From the NCBI GenBank assembly GCA_965602015.1, contig OZ271918.1, forward strand, positions 2,560,001 through 2,624,000: a stretch of 64,000 nucleotides of DNA, in the 5' to 3' direction. The stretch is from Salinispira sp. GTDB lineage: Bacteria > Spirochaetota > Spirochaetia > DSM-27196 > Salinispiraceae. Under the pieces are notes generated by a model that worked only from the letters and a program-made list of their open reading frames with translations, made no database searches and was not told the DNA's origin. The translations under genes and the position numbers were made by a program. Position 1 is the first letter of the stretch. Every line of letters starts with the position of its first letter. Below are positions 38,415-48,224 of the stretch, one piece after another.

Positions 38415-39242
38415 TCAAGTATGTTCTTCATCCAGGTCCAAAGCGAGTTCATCGGTTGCATCAACGATGTCGAAAACGCCATCTTTCTGTAGAAGCTTTC
38501 GATCCTTCAATGAAAGACTGTCCAATGCTTCCGCCTCGGAACTCCCCATTAAGATTTTTTGCTGAATACTCTTTGGTCGGAGATGTCTTCTTGCCCTGAT
38601 AACAGATACCCGATAAGCAAGCGTTCCTCCCTCGGAACCATCGATCTCGTAACCCACGGATTTTTTCCAAACCACGGAAAAATCTGAATTGACATGAAAA
38701 TTCCGGATATTCGCATCGTTGTATTTTATTCCAACTTCACCGCCATTCGATCCGCTGTACACCAGGTAATATTTTTCAGCAACGACAATGCCTCGTACAA
38801 GATATGTGCTCGCGGGGAGGTCTCCTTCTACGAATGCTTGCAGCACCTTATCCCGCATATCGTTGATATTGCTAAGCGTGATCTGGTGCATGTTTTTCGC
38901 TTTTAGGAACAATTGATTCTTTGCGTTAAAGGTGATTTTCATTCCCAATTCTTTCTCACCCAGGAAGTCCATACCGGGCATGCTGCCATTGGCGTTAAAA
39001 ATAATATCCACGCCGGAGAGAGAGCTGATATTTCTGCTTACCTTCGTCCCAACGGTATAATTCTCTTTGCTTACTCCGAACTCAGAGCCATCCAGGATTT
39101 CCATTGAATCCCTTCTACGTCTCAAGACATCACCGATGCTTATGGTAGAATCGCCGGTACGCAACGGAATAAATCGTCTTCCGTAAATCGTTTTTATCTC
39201 TCTTCTGAGAAGTCCTGCTTGACGGATCGAAATACCAGCCAT
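38415..39242 (-). CDS. Gasdermin-like pore-forming protein (putative)
   Basis: GGAGG RBS; 275 aa; ordered motifs FIPLRTGDSTISIGDVL, YLVRGIVVAEKYYL, GGTLAYRVSVI; two amphipathic beta-hairpin regions; acidic tail. Confidence 0.68.
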   Translation of the reverse strand: MAGISIRQAGLLRREIKTIYGRRFIPLRTGDSTISIGDVLRRRRDSMEILDGSEFGVSKENYTVGTKVSRNISSLSGVDIIFNANGSMPGMDFLGEKELGMKITFNAKNQLFLKAKNMHQITLSNINDMRDKVLQAFVEGDLPASTYLVRGIVVAEKYYLVYSGSNGGEVGIKYNDANIRNFHVNSDFSVVWKKSVGYEIDGSEGGTLAYRVSVIRARRHLRPKSIQQKILMGSSEAEALDSLSLKDRKLLQKDGVFDIVDATDELALDLDEEHT

Positions 39243-39445
39243 ATTGCCTCCAATTCTAAAGATTTATATGATAATTATAAATTGTGATTTGCTATCCTGT
39301 TAGGTTCAGATAATGCAAAATTGAAAAAAAATAATTATTTATTTAATGGTGAATCCGAGTCTGAATATGTCTAGCTTATGAACTTCTCAGCAAGATTTCG
39401 GATGGGGCATAAGAAACTCTTCGGGCATGCAGATTGACAAGGATC

Positions 39446-40861
39446 TTACTGATCAACCGCTATCTGATTCTTGCCCCGCTCCTTGGCACGGTAGAGCTGG
39501 GCATCGGCCCGGGCAATGGCATTCTCGAGGTCTTCATCCGGCAGGTACTGGGCGATTCCCATGGACACACTGAAGGTTGCCGCGGGAGTGACTGATCCTG
39601 CCGATCGCTCGTGAATGTGTGCGGCGATTTTTTCACAGATTTCCCGGGCGCCGCGCATCGTCGTTTTTGGAAAGCCGAGAAGAAATTCATCTCCGCCCAG
39701 GCGCATAACAATATCGCTTGAACGAATGCTGTTGTTGACTGTCTTTGCCAAATCGGTCAGCACGAGATCTCCGGTATTGTGACCGTGCTTATCGTTTATT
39801 TCCTTAAAATTATCCACATCCAACATCGCCAGGGATAATGGTTCGCCATGGCGGTTGGCCAGCCCGCACTGCTGAGTCAGGAGGGTCATGCCCAGCCGCC
39901 GGTTAGCCAGTGATGTCAGATCGTCATGCAGGGCCTGATCCTCAAGTTCCCTGCTTAGTTGAACCAGGTTGAGCGATCTCTTTCTGAGTCGTATCTGCTG
40001 GAGGATAAGAAGCAAAAGGGAGAAGGCCGCAATGGGATACACCAGCAGCCGGGATTGCATTAACCGGGGGTCCAGAGGCGGAGAACTGCTTAACTCCATA
40101 ATCCAGGTGCCATTGGGTACCTGGATTGAAATACTAACCTCAGGATTATCGAACTCAGCGCCGTTGGAGAAAAAAAGCGGGGGCTCCGCCTGATCCGGAT
40201 CATCGCCGACAATCCGCACTCCAATGTCCCCGCCGCTGGTGTTCCTTACCCCATCGGGAAGCATTTCATCGACATATAAAATCGCCGTGGAAAATCCCCA
40301 GAAGCTGCCGGGGGAATCATCGGCAAAAATCGGCTTGCGGGCAATCACCGCCAGCCTGTCGTTCTGAATCAGCCGCAGCGGCCCGACGAAGGTCAGTTCC
40401 CTCGATTCTATGGCTCTGAGGGCGCCGTCGTTGCGACGCTGATCGGCCAAAAGATCATGGCCGAATGCGCCTTTATGCTCTTCCCATGGATATATGTAGG
40501 TGACCAGTCCGTCGGGTGCCAATTGCAGCGAGCCGATAAACGGACTTTGGGCGCTGATTTCCGCTGCCCAACTGTCAAATCGTTCGGGATCGTAATCGGA
40601 TTCCTCCAAGAGAATGTGAAGAGCATCGGTTGCGAAAATACCCTGTGAAATAGACTGCTGGAGCTGCTGGCCCCAGCTGGTTCCCAGTGAAAACAGGCTG
40701 TTTCGCAGTTGTGCCCGTTGATACCGCTGCTCGCTGCTGATGGCCGATTCGAATGTGATAACGAGCACGGCAAAGAGCCCTGTCAGAAATGCGCAGATAA
40801 GCACCAGCAGCCACAACGGCATAACGGATCGTTTTTGCTTGCTGCCTGCACGGTATTCCAT
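39446..40861 (-). CDS. CHASE-domain diguanylate cyclase
   Basis: TM-CHASE (LQLAPDG...GHDLL...GPLRLIQ)-TM; HDDLTSLANRR, RSSD I-site, GGDEF; start uncertain. Confidence 0.92.
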   Translation of the reverse strand: MEYRAGSKQKRSVMPLWLLVLICAFLTGLFAVLVITFESAISSEQRYQRAQLRNSLFSLGTSWGQQLQQSISQGIFATDALHILLEESDYDPERFDSWAAEISAQSPFIGSLQLAPDGLVTYIYPWEEHKGAFGHDLLADQRRNDGALRAIESRELTFVGPLRLIQNDRLAVIARKPIFADDSPGSFWGFSTAILYVDEMLPDGVRNTSGGDIGVRIVGDDPDQAEPPLFFSNGAEFDNPEVSISIQVPNGTWIMELSSSPPLDPRLMQSRLLVYPIAAFSLLLLILQQIRLRKRSLNLVQLSRELEDQALHDDLTSLANRRLGMTLLTQQCGLANRHGEPLSLAMLDVDNFKEINDKHGHNTGDLVLTDLAKTVNNSIRSSDIVMRLGGDEFLLGFPKTTMRGAREICEKIAAHIHERSAGSVTPAATFSVSMGIAQYLPDEDLENAIARADAQLYRAKERGKNQIAVDQ

Positions 40862-41069
40862 ACCATCAGTATATTCTTTTCCGTACGCATGTGGGTGGTT
40901 ACAGAAAAAGATCGTCAACGATTTCTGTTCGCTGAGGCTGACGTATCCCGATTTAAGCCAGCCGTCCCATAGCCAGGGCATCAGCAATACGCTATAGTGC
41001 GTTCTGTACCGTCGTTCACTGATATCAACCGGATGTAACTCATTATGAACGGCAAAAGCGGAAGGTTAT

Positions 41070-41573
41070 ATGTATTATAAATTCTCACGACTGGCAAAAT
41101 TTACCATCGTATTTACCATGATTTTAAATACAGCGGTGATCCTGCTGCACTCGTTTAATACCTATCGGATGATCGAAAGCAACAAGCTCATCATCGCAAA
41201 AATGGAAGAGCTAAATGTCCTGAGAGACACGGCAATCCGTTACCTCCAGAGAGAAGGCCATGATTTATTTGTCGGAGGCGAGTTTGCCACATTGGCGGGA
41301 ATAGTGCTCGGTCTGCTCGCCCTGTTTTCCCTGTATAAGTTCGCTCAGGATAACAGTTTCTTTTTTGCCATTGCAGCCTCGTTTTTTTGCCTGCTAACCA
41401 CCTTCGTGGGCGGCCTTCTGCTGTTTTATGTGATTTTCTCCGGAAAAAGCGAAGTAGCTATCGAAAGCGAAGAGCGGACCTATCGAAGTCAGTGGGAGCA
41501 GTTCATCAGCCGCAAAAGCAATGAACAGAGAGAAGACTCGCCTCCGCTTCACCACCCGCATAATCGGACATAA
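41070..41573 (+). CDS. Hypothetical membrane protein
   Basis: GGAAGG RBS; three hydrophobic segments. Confidence 0.7.
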   Translation: MYYKFSRLAKFTIVFTMILNTAVILLHSFNTYRMIESNKLIIAKMEELNVLRDTAIRYLQREGHDLFVGGEFATLAGIVLGLLALFSLYKFAQDNSFFFAIAASFFCLLTTFVGGLLLFYVIFSGKSEVAIESEERTYRSQWEQFISRKSNEQREDSPPLHHPHNRT

Positions 41574-41628
41574 AAACGCCGGCAATCCCGAGAGGTCGCC
41601 GGCGAATCGTAAACAGGAAAATAAGCGC

Positions 41629-41856
41629 TTAGCCGAATATCCACATGGTGATGGCGTAGTACAAAAACAGTACCACAAGAGCCAGGGGCAATATTGTGGT
41701 GAATGCGGCGATAATCAGGGCGGGAAGATCGCCTTTATCGGTTTCGGTTTTCTCCCTCAGTTCCCTGAGAAGCTCCTTTTCTTCCGCGGCGGTTCGCCGC
41801 GGAGATTTTAAGGGGTTGCGCTTAAAAATGTCGCCGATTTTGAAGTCAGAACTCAT
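41629..41856 (-). CDS. Small membrane protein at the end of the opp operon
   Basis: ATGA overlap with oppF; KGDLPALIIAAFTTILP TM. Confidence 0.75.
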   Translation of the reverse strand: MSSDFKIGDIFKRNPLKSPRRTAAEEKELLRELREKTETDKGDLPALIIAAFTTILPLALVVLFLYYAITMWIFG

Positions 41857-43031
41857 ATTTTTTCACCGGCGTAGTGGCATGCCGCAAAATGGCCGGGCTC
41901 CACTTCCCTGAACTCCGGGACCTCCAGTTTGCACTTGTCCCTGGCTATGGGACAACGGGTATGAAACTTACATCCGGTGGGAACGATGATGTTGGATGGA
42001 ATATCTCCCTTAAGCAGAACCCGCCGTTTTTTCCTCGACTTCTCCAGGTCGGTTTCGGGAACCGCTGACATCAGCGCCTGGGTATACGGATGAAGGGGTT
42101 TTTCGTACAGTTTGCGCTTGTCGGTGAATTCAACCATATCGCCCAGGTACATAACCCCGACCCGGTCGCTGATGTGCTTAACAACGGAAAGGTCGTGGGA
42201 GATAAACAGATAGGCCATTCCGAACTCTTTCTGAAGGGTTTTTAAAAGATTGATAATCTGTGATTGGATCGATACATCCAGCGCGGAAACCGCTTCGTCG
42301 CAGACGATAAATTTCGGCTTCAACGCCAGGGCTCGGGCAATGCCGATTCTCTGCCTCTGACCGCCGGAGAACTCGTGGGGGTAGCGGTAGATCATATAAT
42401 CGTCGAGTCCGCAGGTCCGCATAATTTCTTTTACGTAGGTTTCGAACTCCAGGTTCCTCTTTTCGTATATGCCGTGTTCCAGGAGGGCCTCTCCGATGAT
42501 CTGCCCCACGGTTTGACGGGGATTCAGCGAGGAATAGGGATCCTGAAAGATAATCTGCATCTGGGTTCGAAGGGGAATCATCTGGGACTCCGAGTACTCG
42601 GAAATATCATCGCCGTCAAAGATAATCCGGCCGTCGGTGGGATCGTAAAGCTTGAGGATGGTGCGCCCGTAGGTTGACTTTCCGCAGCCCGATTCACCCA
42701 CAAGACCCACGGTTTCGCCCTCGTAAATGGAGATGCTGATGCCGTCATTGGCTTTTACATAGAGCTTTTCTCCATGCACCATGCGCAATGCCTTGTACTC
42801 CACCAGGACGTGCTTGAGGTCTTCATCGGCGACTTTCCCGGCTTCGAAATCTTCATAGAGATCGGCAAAGACCTCCTTGGGACGCTTGTTCGAAGGGGCT
42901 TCGGGATTCTTTTCCCGGTAGATCTCGAGAGCCTTCTGCTGAAGCCTCTTCAGATTCTTCTTTTCATTTCTCCGTTTCCCCGTGGGGAAATATTGTTTCA
43001 GTCCTTTGGACTCTAACAGCACTTTAGGCAT
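41853..43031 (-). CDS. oppF: Oligopeptide ABC ATP-binding protein
   Basis: GESGCGKST, YPHEFSGGQRQRIGIARAL, GCKFHTRCP. Confidence 0.93.
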   Translation of the reverse strand: MPKVLLESKGLKQYFPTGKRRNEKKNLKRLQQKALEIYREKNPEAPSNKRPKEVFADLYEDFEAGKVADEDLKHVLVEYKALRMVHGEKLYVKANDGISISIYEGETVGLVGESGCGKSTYGRTILKLYDPTDGRIIFDGDDISEYSESQMIPLRTQMQIIFQDPYSSLNPRQTVGQIIGEALLEHGIYEKRNLEFETYVKEIMRTCGLDDYMIYRYPHEFSGGQRQRIGIARALALKPKFIVCDEAVSALDVSIQSQIINLLKTLQKEFGMAYLFISHDLSVVKHISDRVGVMYLGDMVEFTDKRKLYEKPLHPYTQALMSAVPETDLEKSRKKRRVLLKGDIPSNIIVPTGCKFHTRCPIARDKCKLEVPEFREVEPGHFAACHYAGEKI

Positions 43032-44016
43032 TTCTCGCTCCAGCTTCCGGATAAAAACATCTCACCAAATGATTCTTCTCGACCTCGACCAGCTCGGGTT
43101 TTTTGTTCCGGCACTTGTCGGTGGCAAACTCGCAGCGGGTGGAGAACCGACAGCCCTTTGGGAGTTTGAGCGGATGAGGAACACTGCCCTCAATCTGGTC
43201 AAGATAATCGACCTCTTCATCGAGCAGCGGGATGGATTTGAGCAATCCGTCTTTATACGGATGAGAGTATTTTGTCTTCCTGTCGAATATGGTGTCAACA
43301 TCGGCTCTTTCGACGATTTCACCGGTATACATTACTGCTACATCGTCAGCCAGTTCGGCAATGGCTCCCAAATCGTGGGTAATAAACATGATGGCCGTGT
43401 TGTGCTTTTTTTTCAGATCATTCATGAGCTTGAAGATCTGAGCCTGAATGGTTACGTCGAGGGCCGTGGTGGGTTCGTCGGCGATGAGCAGCTTGGGCTC
43501 ACATGCCAGGGCCATGGCAATCATCACCCGCTGCCGCATCCCTCCGGAGAGCTGAAAGGGGTAATTGTACGCCACGCTTTCGGGGTTGGGTATCTTAACC
43601 TCCTGGAGCATGTCCACCGCGGCGTTCCAGGCCTCGGCTTTTGTCATTCCCTGGTGGAGCATGAGCGGTTCGCTCAGCTGTCTGCCGATCCGGTGAACGG
43701 GATTCAGCGAGGTCATGGGCTCCTGGAAGATCATGGAGATCTGATTTCCCCGGATGCTCCGGATTTCGTCATCCTCAAGACGCACCAAGTTCTTGCCGTT
43801 AAAGAGGATTTTGCCGTCAACAACACGACCGGGATAATCAAGGAGATTTAATATGCTAAAAGCGGTAACCGACTTTCCGGATCCCGACTCACCGACGATG
43901 CCGAGGGTTTTTCCTTCCTCGATAACAAAATCGACGCCCTGTACAGCCTTAATAGTTCCTTTGCTGGTAAAAAAATAGGTATGTAGGTTCTTAACTTCGA
44001 GAAGATTACCAGTCAC
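43024..44016 (-). CDS. oppD: Oligopeptide ABC ATP-binding protein
   Basis: [33 protein letters not shown]. Confidence 0.95.
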   Translation of the reverse strand: MTGNLLEVKNLHTYFFTSKGTIKAVQGVDFVIEEGKTLGIVGESGSGKSVTAFSILNLLDYPGRVVDGKILFNGKNLVRLEDDEIRSIRGNQISMIFQEPMTSLNPVHRIGRQLSEPLMLHQGMTKAEAWNAAVDMLQEVKIPNPESVAYNYPFQLSGGMRQRVMIAMALACEPKLLIADEPTTALDVTIQAQIFKLMNDLKKKHNTAIMFITHDLGAIAELADDVAVMYTGEIVERADVDTIFDRKTKYSHPYKDGLLKSIPLLDEEVDYLDQIEGSVPHPLKLPKGCRFSTRCEFATDKCRNKKPELVEVEKNHLVRCFYPEAGARNA

Positions 44017-45042
44017 TTACGCGCCCCCTCTAACGGCAGCTTTTTCCATTTTTGCCGCCGCCTTCTCATCTCTTCTTCGCTGCCTGATTGCCTTCTTCTC
44101 CTTACGGCTGACATACACGGATTTCGGGTCGATGGCGTCCCGAAGTCCTTCGCCGATGAGATTGATGCTCATGATAAAAAGGAACAACATGCTTCCGGGA
44201 AAAACCCAAATCCACCAGAACTGGCGAAGGCTGGTACTGTTGGATGACGCCCTGGCGAGCAACGCGCCCCAGGTGGGAATCGGTTCGGTAACCGAGAGGT
44301 TGAGGAAGGACAGACCCGCTTCGCCGAGTATTGCCGCGGCGAAGGTAAGGGTGCCGGAAACCACCACCAGAGCCAGGACGTTGGGAATCAGATGCCGCAT
44401 GATCTGGTTGCGTTTTTTAATTCCCAGGGCCTTGGTGGCGATGATGAATTCCTGTTCCTTGAGCGACAGGATTTGCCCCCTGACAAGCCGGGCGAGCCCG
44501 GTCCAGCGGATGAAACCCAGAATGGCAATAATGACAAAAAGCCGCAGTTCCTCCGGGGCATCCCTGAACACCGCGGAAATGATAAAGGCCAGCGCGAGAA
44601 ACGGAAACGAATAAATAACCTCGGCGATTCTCATGATGACTTCGTCGATTTTGCCTCCGAAATACCCGGCAATGGCTCCCAGAGACACTCCGATGGTGAC
44701 GGACATAAACGTCGAGAGTATTCCAACCTGGAGGGATATCCATCCGCCCTGAAATACCCGAAAAATCGTGTTTCTGCCGAAACGGTCGGTTCCGAAGGGA
44801 TGCTGCAGGCTAGGAGGAAGATTCTTCAGCGAGGTGTCGGTATAGGCAAAGTCGTAATCGATTATGGAGGTGTAAATATGGGTGCCGACAATAAGCGCAA
44901 CGATAATTACAAACATCCAGAATCCGAACATTGACAGGCTGTTGCTCTTGAATTTTTCTATGATTTGTCTGGTCGGCGAAAGAATGACTTCATCGGACTT
45001 GCTGAATTCCTTCGCAGTTGATTCCTGAGTTGCTTTTGACAT
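44017..45042 (-). CDS. oppC: Oligopeptide ABC permease
   Basis: HPFGTDRFGR, ARLVRGQILSLKEQEF, GEGLRDAIDP. Confidence 0.93.
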   Translation of the reverse strand: MSKATQESTAKEFSKSDEVILSPTRQIIEKFKSNSLSMFGFWMFVIIVALIVGTHIYTSIIDYDFAYTDTSLKNLPPSLQHPFGTDRFGRNTIFRVFQGGWISLQVGILSTFMSVTIGVSLGAIAGYFGGKIDEVIMRIAEVIYSFPFLALAFIISAVFRDAPEELRLFVIIAILGFIRWTGLARLVRGQILSLKEQEFIIATKALGIKKRNQIMRHLIPNVLALVVVSGTLTFAAAILGEAGLSFLNLSVTEPIPTWGALLARASSNSTSLRQFWWIWVFPGSMLFLFIMSINLIGEGLRDAIDPKSVYVSRKEKKAIRQRRRDEKAAAKMEKAAVRGGA

Positions 45043-46073
45043 TATTTTACTTTCCCCTCTCTGATTCTCGGGTCGACGATCATGTAGCCGATATCGATGA
45101 AAATATTGCCCAGCAGGGTCAGCAGACCGAAGAACAGGATTGCAGTCTGGAGAATTGCCCTGTCCTTGGCACCGTAGGCCACGTTGAGCAGGAATCCCAT
45201 TCCGTGGTAGGCAAAGATTTTTTCAACGATAATCGAACCGCCGAACAGAAGCGGAATATACAAGCCGATGAGGGTTACCACCGGGATTAAGGCATTTTGG
45301 AACGCGTGCCGGTAAATTACGATTTTCTCCGCCAGGCCCTTGGCCCGGGCGGTTCGGATATAATCGGCCTGCAGAACCTCTATCATGGCGGCCCGAATGT
45401 ATCTCACAAGTCCGGCCAGGGAAGTGAGAACCACAACGGTCACCGGCAGCACCAAATAATGCCAATCTGGCCGGACTCCCCGGGGGTCGGACATTCCGGA
45501 GAACGGCAGGAGTCTCAGCTGCACCACGAAAAGCAGAATCAGCAATAAGGCGATAAAAAACGACGGGAGTGAAATCCCCACAATCGATGTGACGGTCACG
45601 GTTTTATCGTAGAGTTTGTTTTTTTTGATGGCCGCGGTAATCCCCACCGGTATAGCTATGAAAAAGGCGATGATAAATCCGAATATGTTTACCCTGAATG
45701 AGCGGGCGATGTGCACACCGAGGAAGTCGTTGACAGGCCGGTTGTATCTGATTGAGTAACCAAACTCCCCTTCAAGGAGTGTGTCTCTCATCCAGATAAA
45801 ATACCGTTCGAACATCGAGCGGTCGTAGCCCAGAAATTGCCTCATGGTTTCAACATATTCATTCCGCTCTTCGATGGTCATCGCGGCGGTTACTTCAGGA
45901 TTTATCATCGTCATAACCGGGTCGCCGGGTATGGAATTTATCAGGATAAATATGATTATGGTAATAATGAATAGGGTCGGAATTAAGGTGAGGAAGCGCT
46001 TGCCAATATAGATTACATAGGGGAGCAACGTTTCGAGGACCGTTTTGGACCCTCTTATATCTTTAGTCTCCAT
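45042..46073 (-). CDS. oppB: Oligopeptide ABC permease
   Basis: PGDP, DYIRTARAKGL, DPRIR. Confidence 0.93.
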   Translation of the reverse strand: METKDIRGSKTVLETLLPYVIYIGKRFLTLIPTLFIITIIIFILINSIPGDPVMTMINPEVTAAMTIEERNEYVETMRQFLGYDRSMFERYFIWMRDTLLEGEFGYSIRYNRPVNDFLGVHIARSFRVNIFGFIIAFFIAIPVGITAAIKKNKLYDKTVTVTSIVGISLPSFFIALLLILLFVVQLRLLPFSGMSDPRGVRPDWHYLVLPVTVVVLTSLAGLVRYIRAAMIEVLQADYIRTARAKGLAEKIVIYRHAFQNALIPVVTLIGLYIPLLFGGSIIVEKIFAYHGMGFLLNVAYGAKDRAILQTAILFFGLLTLLGNIFIDIGYMIVDPRIREGKVK

Positions 46074-46099
46074 TTATTGTCCTCATAGTCTAGAAAGTA

Positions 46100-46129
46100 A
46101 GACCACTGCCACTTTCATGGCAGTGGTCT
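46100..46129 (-). terminator. Intercistronic hairpin after oppA (partial terminator or mRNA stabiliser)
   Basis: agaccactgcca-ctttca-tggcagtggtct, a perfect 12-bp stem. Confidence 0.75.
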
Positions 46130-46157
46130 CATCCCTATCTAATTGCTAGAGAAAGTG

Positions 46158-47933
46158 TTATTTCCAGTTCGCATCCAGAATTGCACGTGCCCATGGCCAC
46201 AGAGCGTTGGTATTGAAGTTTTCAATATCAGCGGTGTAGAGGTCGTGATAGTTGTTGGAGTAAACGGGAATGATGGGTACTTCCGCATTGAAGGTAGAAA
46301 CGTACTTCCTCCAGTTTTCGCGATACTCATCGGCGCCGGTGATGGGGTGAGCATTTTCGATGTCATCCATCAGTTGCAGCCACTCCGTCTCGGTGTAGGT
46401 ATTGCCGCCGGTGAACCGGGGGCCGTTGTTGGAAGGCTGTCCCCAGGGCATGATGGTGTCGGGGCCGTAGTCCGCTTTGGGGTTGGACTTGATGGTGTAA
46501 CCGATACCGCCGACGAATGCGTGGTACTGACGCTCTTCGGTGGTGTCGCCGATCCAGTGACCGTACATTACCGGCCAGTCGAGGGATACCAGGTTTACGT
46601 CGAAGGGAAGACGGGATACATAGTCGTCATTCCATACGAGGTTGTAGGTGTCCGCCCAGAACGCGGTAAAGGCGATGCGAATCTGGAGCGGTTCGCCCTG
46701 CCACAGGTAACCGCTGGTCGCATTTCCGGTGAAATCGGCGTACGGACCGTCGGTTCGTGCTACGGCGGCGTCGAGAAGCTCAACGGCCCGGGCGATGTTC
46801 GCCGCTTCATCGAATTCGCCATTGGCATCGACGATGTCGTAGTTGATAAGCGAAGCCTCGAAACGGCCGACCGCAGCGGTTCCCACAAGGTCCTGCTCAT
46901 CGTCATCGTACATCATCCACTGGTTCTTGGAGTAGGGACCCTGGGAAGCAAGGCCGAATTCTCCGAGGAACAGGTCGATTACCGCAGGGCGGTTAAAGGT
47001 GAATGCGAATGCCTGGCGGACTTCGGTGAGCTGGAAGGCTTCGAAGTCGGTATGGAGCACCATGGTACCCCCGCCATGGCGGTAGTAGTCATTGTAGGTG
47101 AGGAAATCCGCAGCTTTTGCAGCTTCAATTTTCTCCGCTTCTACGGTCCGAGCGAGCAAATCGACTTCGCCCTGAAGGAGCTGGTCGAGTTCGGTTTCGC
47201 TGGGGGTGTAGCGGACGATGACGTCGGTAATAGCGGGCTTCTGGCCGATGAAGTCATCGAAAGCAGTGAGAACGACATACTCGGGCTCGACGTACTCGAC
47301 TATCTGGTAGGGACCATAGCCGATGGCATCGCTGATGTTGGCCTTCACGTACTCTTGAACGGTCTGACCGGCAGCGGATGCGCCTGCGGTGATGGTGTCT
47401 TCCGGAAGGATATAAACTTCGTAGAATACCGATGCGTCAGTAGTGTAGATAACCTTATCGAGGGTGAAAGTGATGGTGTTGGCCGCTTCATCGATATCGA
47501 TATTCCTGACGTAGTCTGACATGTTCGAAGTACCGCCGGTAGCCTGGAGGGCTTCGTCGTCCATGTAGAAATCATAGGTGAATTTGATGTCGCTGACAGT
47601 CAGCTCTTCACCATTGTGGAAGGTAACTCCGTCGACAATTTCGAAGGTCCAAACGGAAAGATCGTCGCTGACGGTCTTGTTCGCCACCAGGGGTGAATCT
47701 ACGACTTCGCCGCGAATGTTATCTTCCATAAGACCGAAGGCAAATACCAGCTGCCTGATGCGGTAGTCATAGGTGGAGTTGCCCCAACCCTCATGGAATT
47801 CGCCAGTGATTTCCGCCGAGTTGGCGATAAACGGACGCTGCTCGACAGCTGCGGCTTCGGATTCACCGGCTGCCCATGCGCTGCTAACGACGAGCACTGC
47901 AATCAGCAGCATAAGTAAAGTCTTTTTCATCAT
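46158..47933 (-). CDS. oppA: Family 5 ABC substrate-binding protein
   Basis: AAGGAGG RBS; signal peptide; FHNGEELTVSDIKFTY, GYGPY, VRQAF, PIIPVY. Confidence 0.92.
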   Translation of the reverse strand: MMKKTLLMLLIAVLVVSSAWAAGESEAAAVEQRPFIANSAEITGEFHEGWGNSTYDYRIRQLVFAFGLMEDNIRGEVVDSPLVANKTVSDDLSVWTFEIVDGVTFHNGEELTVSDIKFTYDFYMDDEALQATGGTSNMSDYVRNIDIDEAANTITFTLDKVIYTTDASVFYEVYILPEDTITAGASAAGQTVQEYVKANISDAIGYGPYQIVEYVEPEYVVLTAFDDFIGQKPAITDVIVRYTPSETELDQLLQGEVDLLARTVEAEKIEAAKAADFLTYNDYYRHGGGTMVLHTDFEAFQLTEVRQAFAFTFNRPAVIDLFLGEFGLASQGPYSKNQWMMYDDDEQDLVGTAAVGRFEASLINYDIVDANGEFDEAANIARAVELLDAAVARTDGPYADFTGNATSGYLWQGEPLQIRIAFTAFWADTYNLVWNDDYVSRLPFDVNLVSLDWPVMYGHWIGDTTEERQYHAFVGGIGYTIKSNPKADYGPDTIMPWGQPSNNGPRFTGGNTYTETEWLQLMDDIENAHPITGADEYRENWRKYVSTFNAEVPIIPVYSNNYHDLYTADIENFNTNALWPWARAILDANWK

Positions 47934-47977
47934 TATTCCTCCTTAGATGATGAGACTTAAGAAATAAGTTAGCAATC

Positions 47978-48006
47978 ATAATAGGACCGTTTATTTATAC
48001 TGTCAA
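47978..48006 (-). promoter_or_regulatory. Sigma70-type promoter of the opp operon
   Basis: Minus strand TTGACA-17 nt-TATTAT. Confidence 0.75.
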
Positions 48007-48224
48007 CGTACCCGGTAGCGAGTATGGTGAGTCAGTGCAGTTGTTTCAGCAGGTTGACGGATGATGGCGGGAGGGGGCAATGTTATGTTGTAGCGTGATT
48101 TTTGATCCGCGTCCTTAGTTCACGTCGTAGGATTCGGCTATGAGGATGGATGGATTCGGCGGGCACTAGCCCATCGGTTTTTGATGACATGTCCACTCCT
48201 CGGCGGATAACCGTTTATGTATAA

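Noticed and set aside
39271..39340. Short AT palindromes (ATAATTAT, AAATAATTATTT) as operators of the gasdermin-like operon
   Set aside because: Expected by chance in very AT-rich DNA, and no regulator is linked.
39446..40861. Nucleotide cyclase as a CBASS-like activator of the gasdermin-like operon
   Set aside because: An ordinary CHASE-GGDEF protein with core-like composition, separated by a 200-bp AT-rich gap; no cyclic-nucleotide sensor domain is seen in the operon.
46143..47519. 458-aa ORF antisense to oppA
   Set aside because: Explained by strong codon bias of a highly expressed gene; no RBS or domain.
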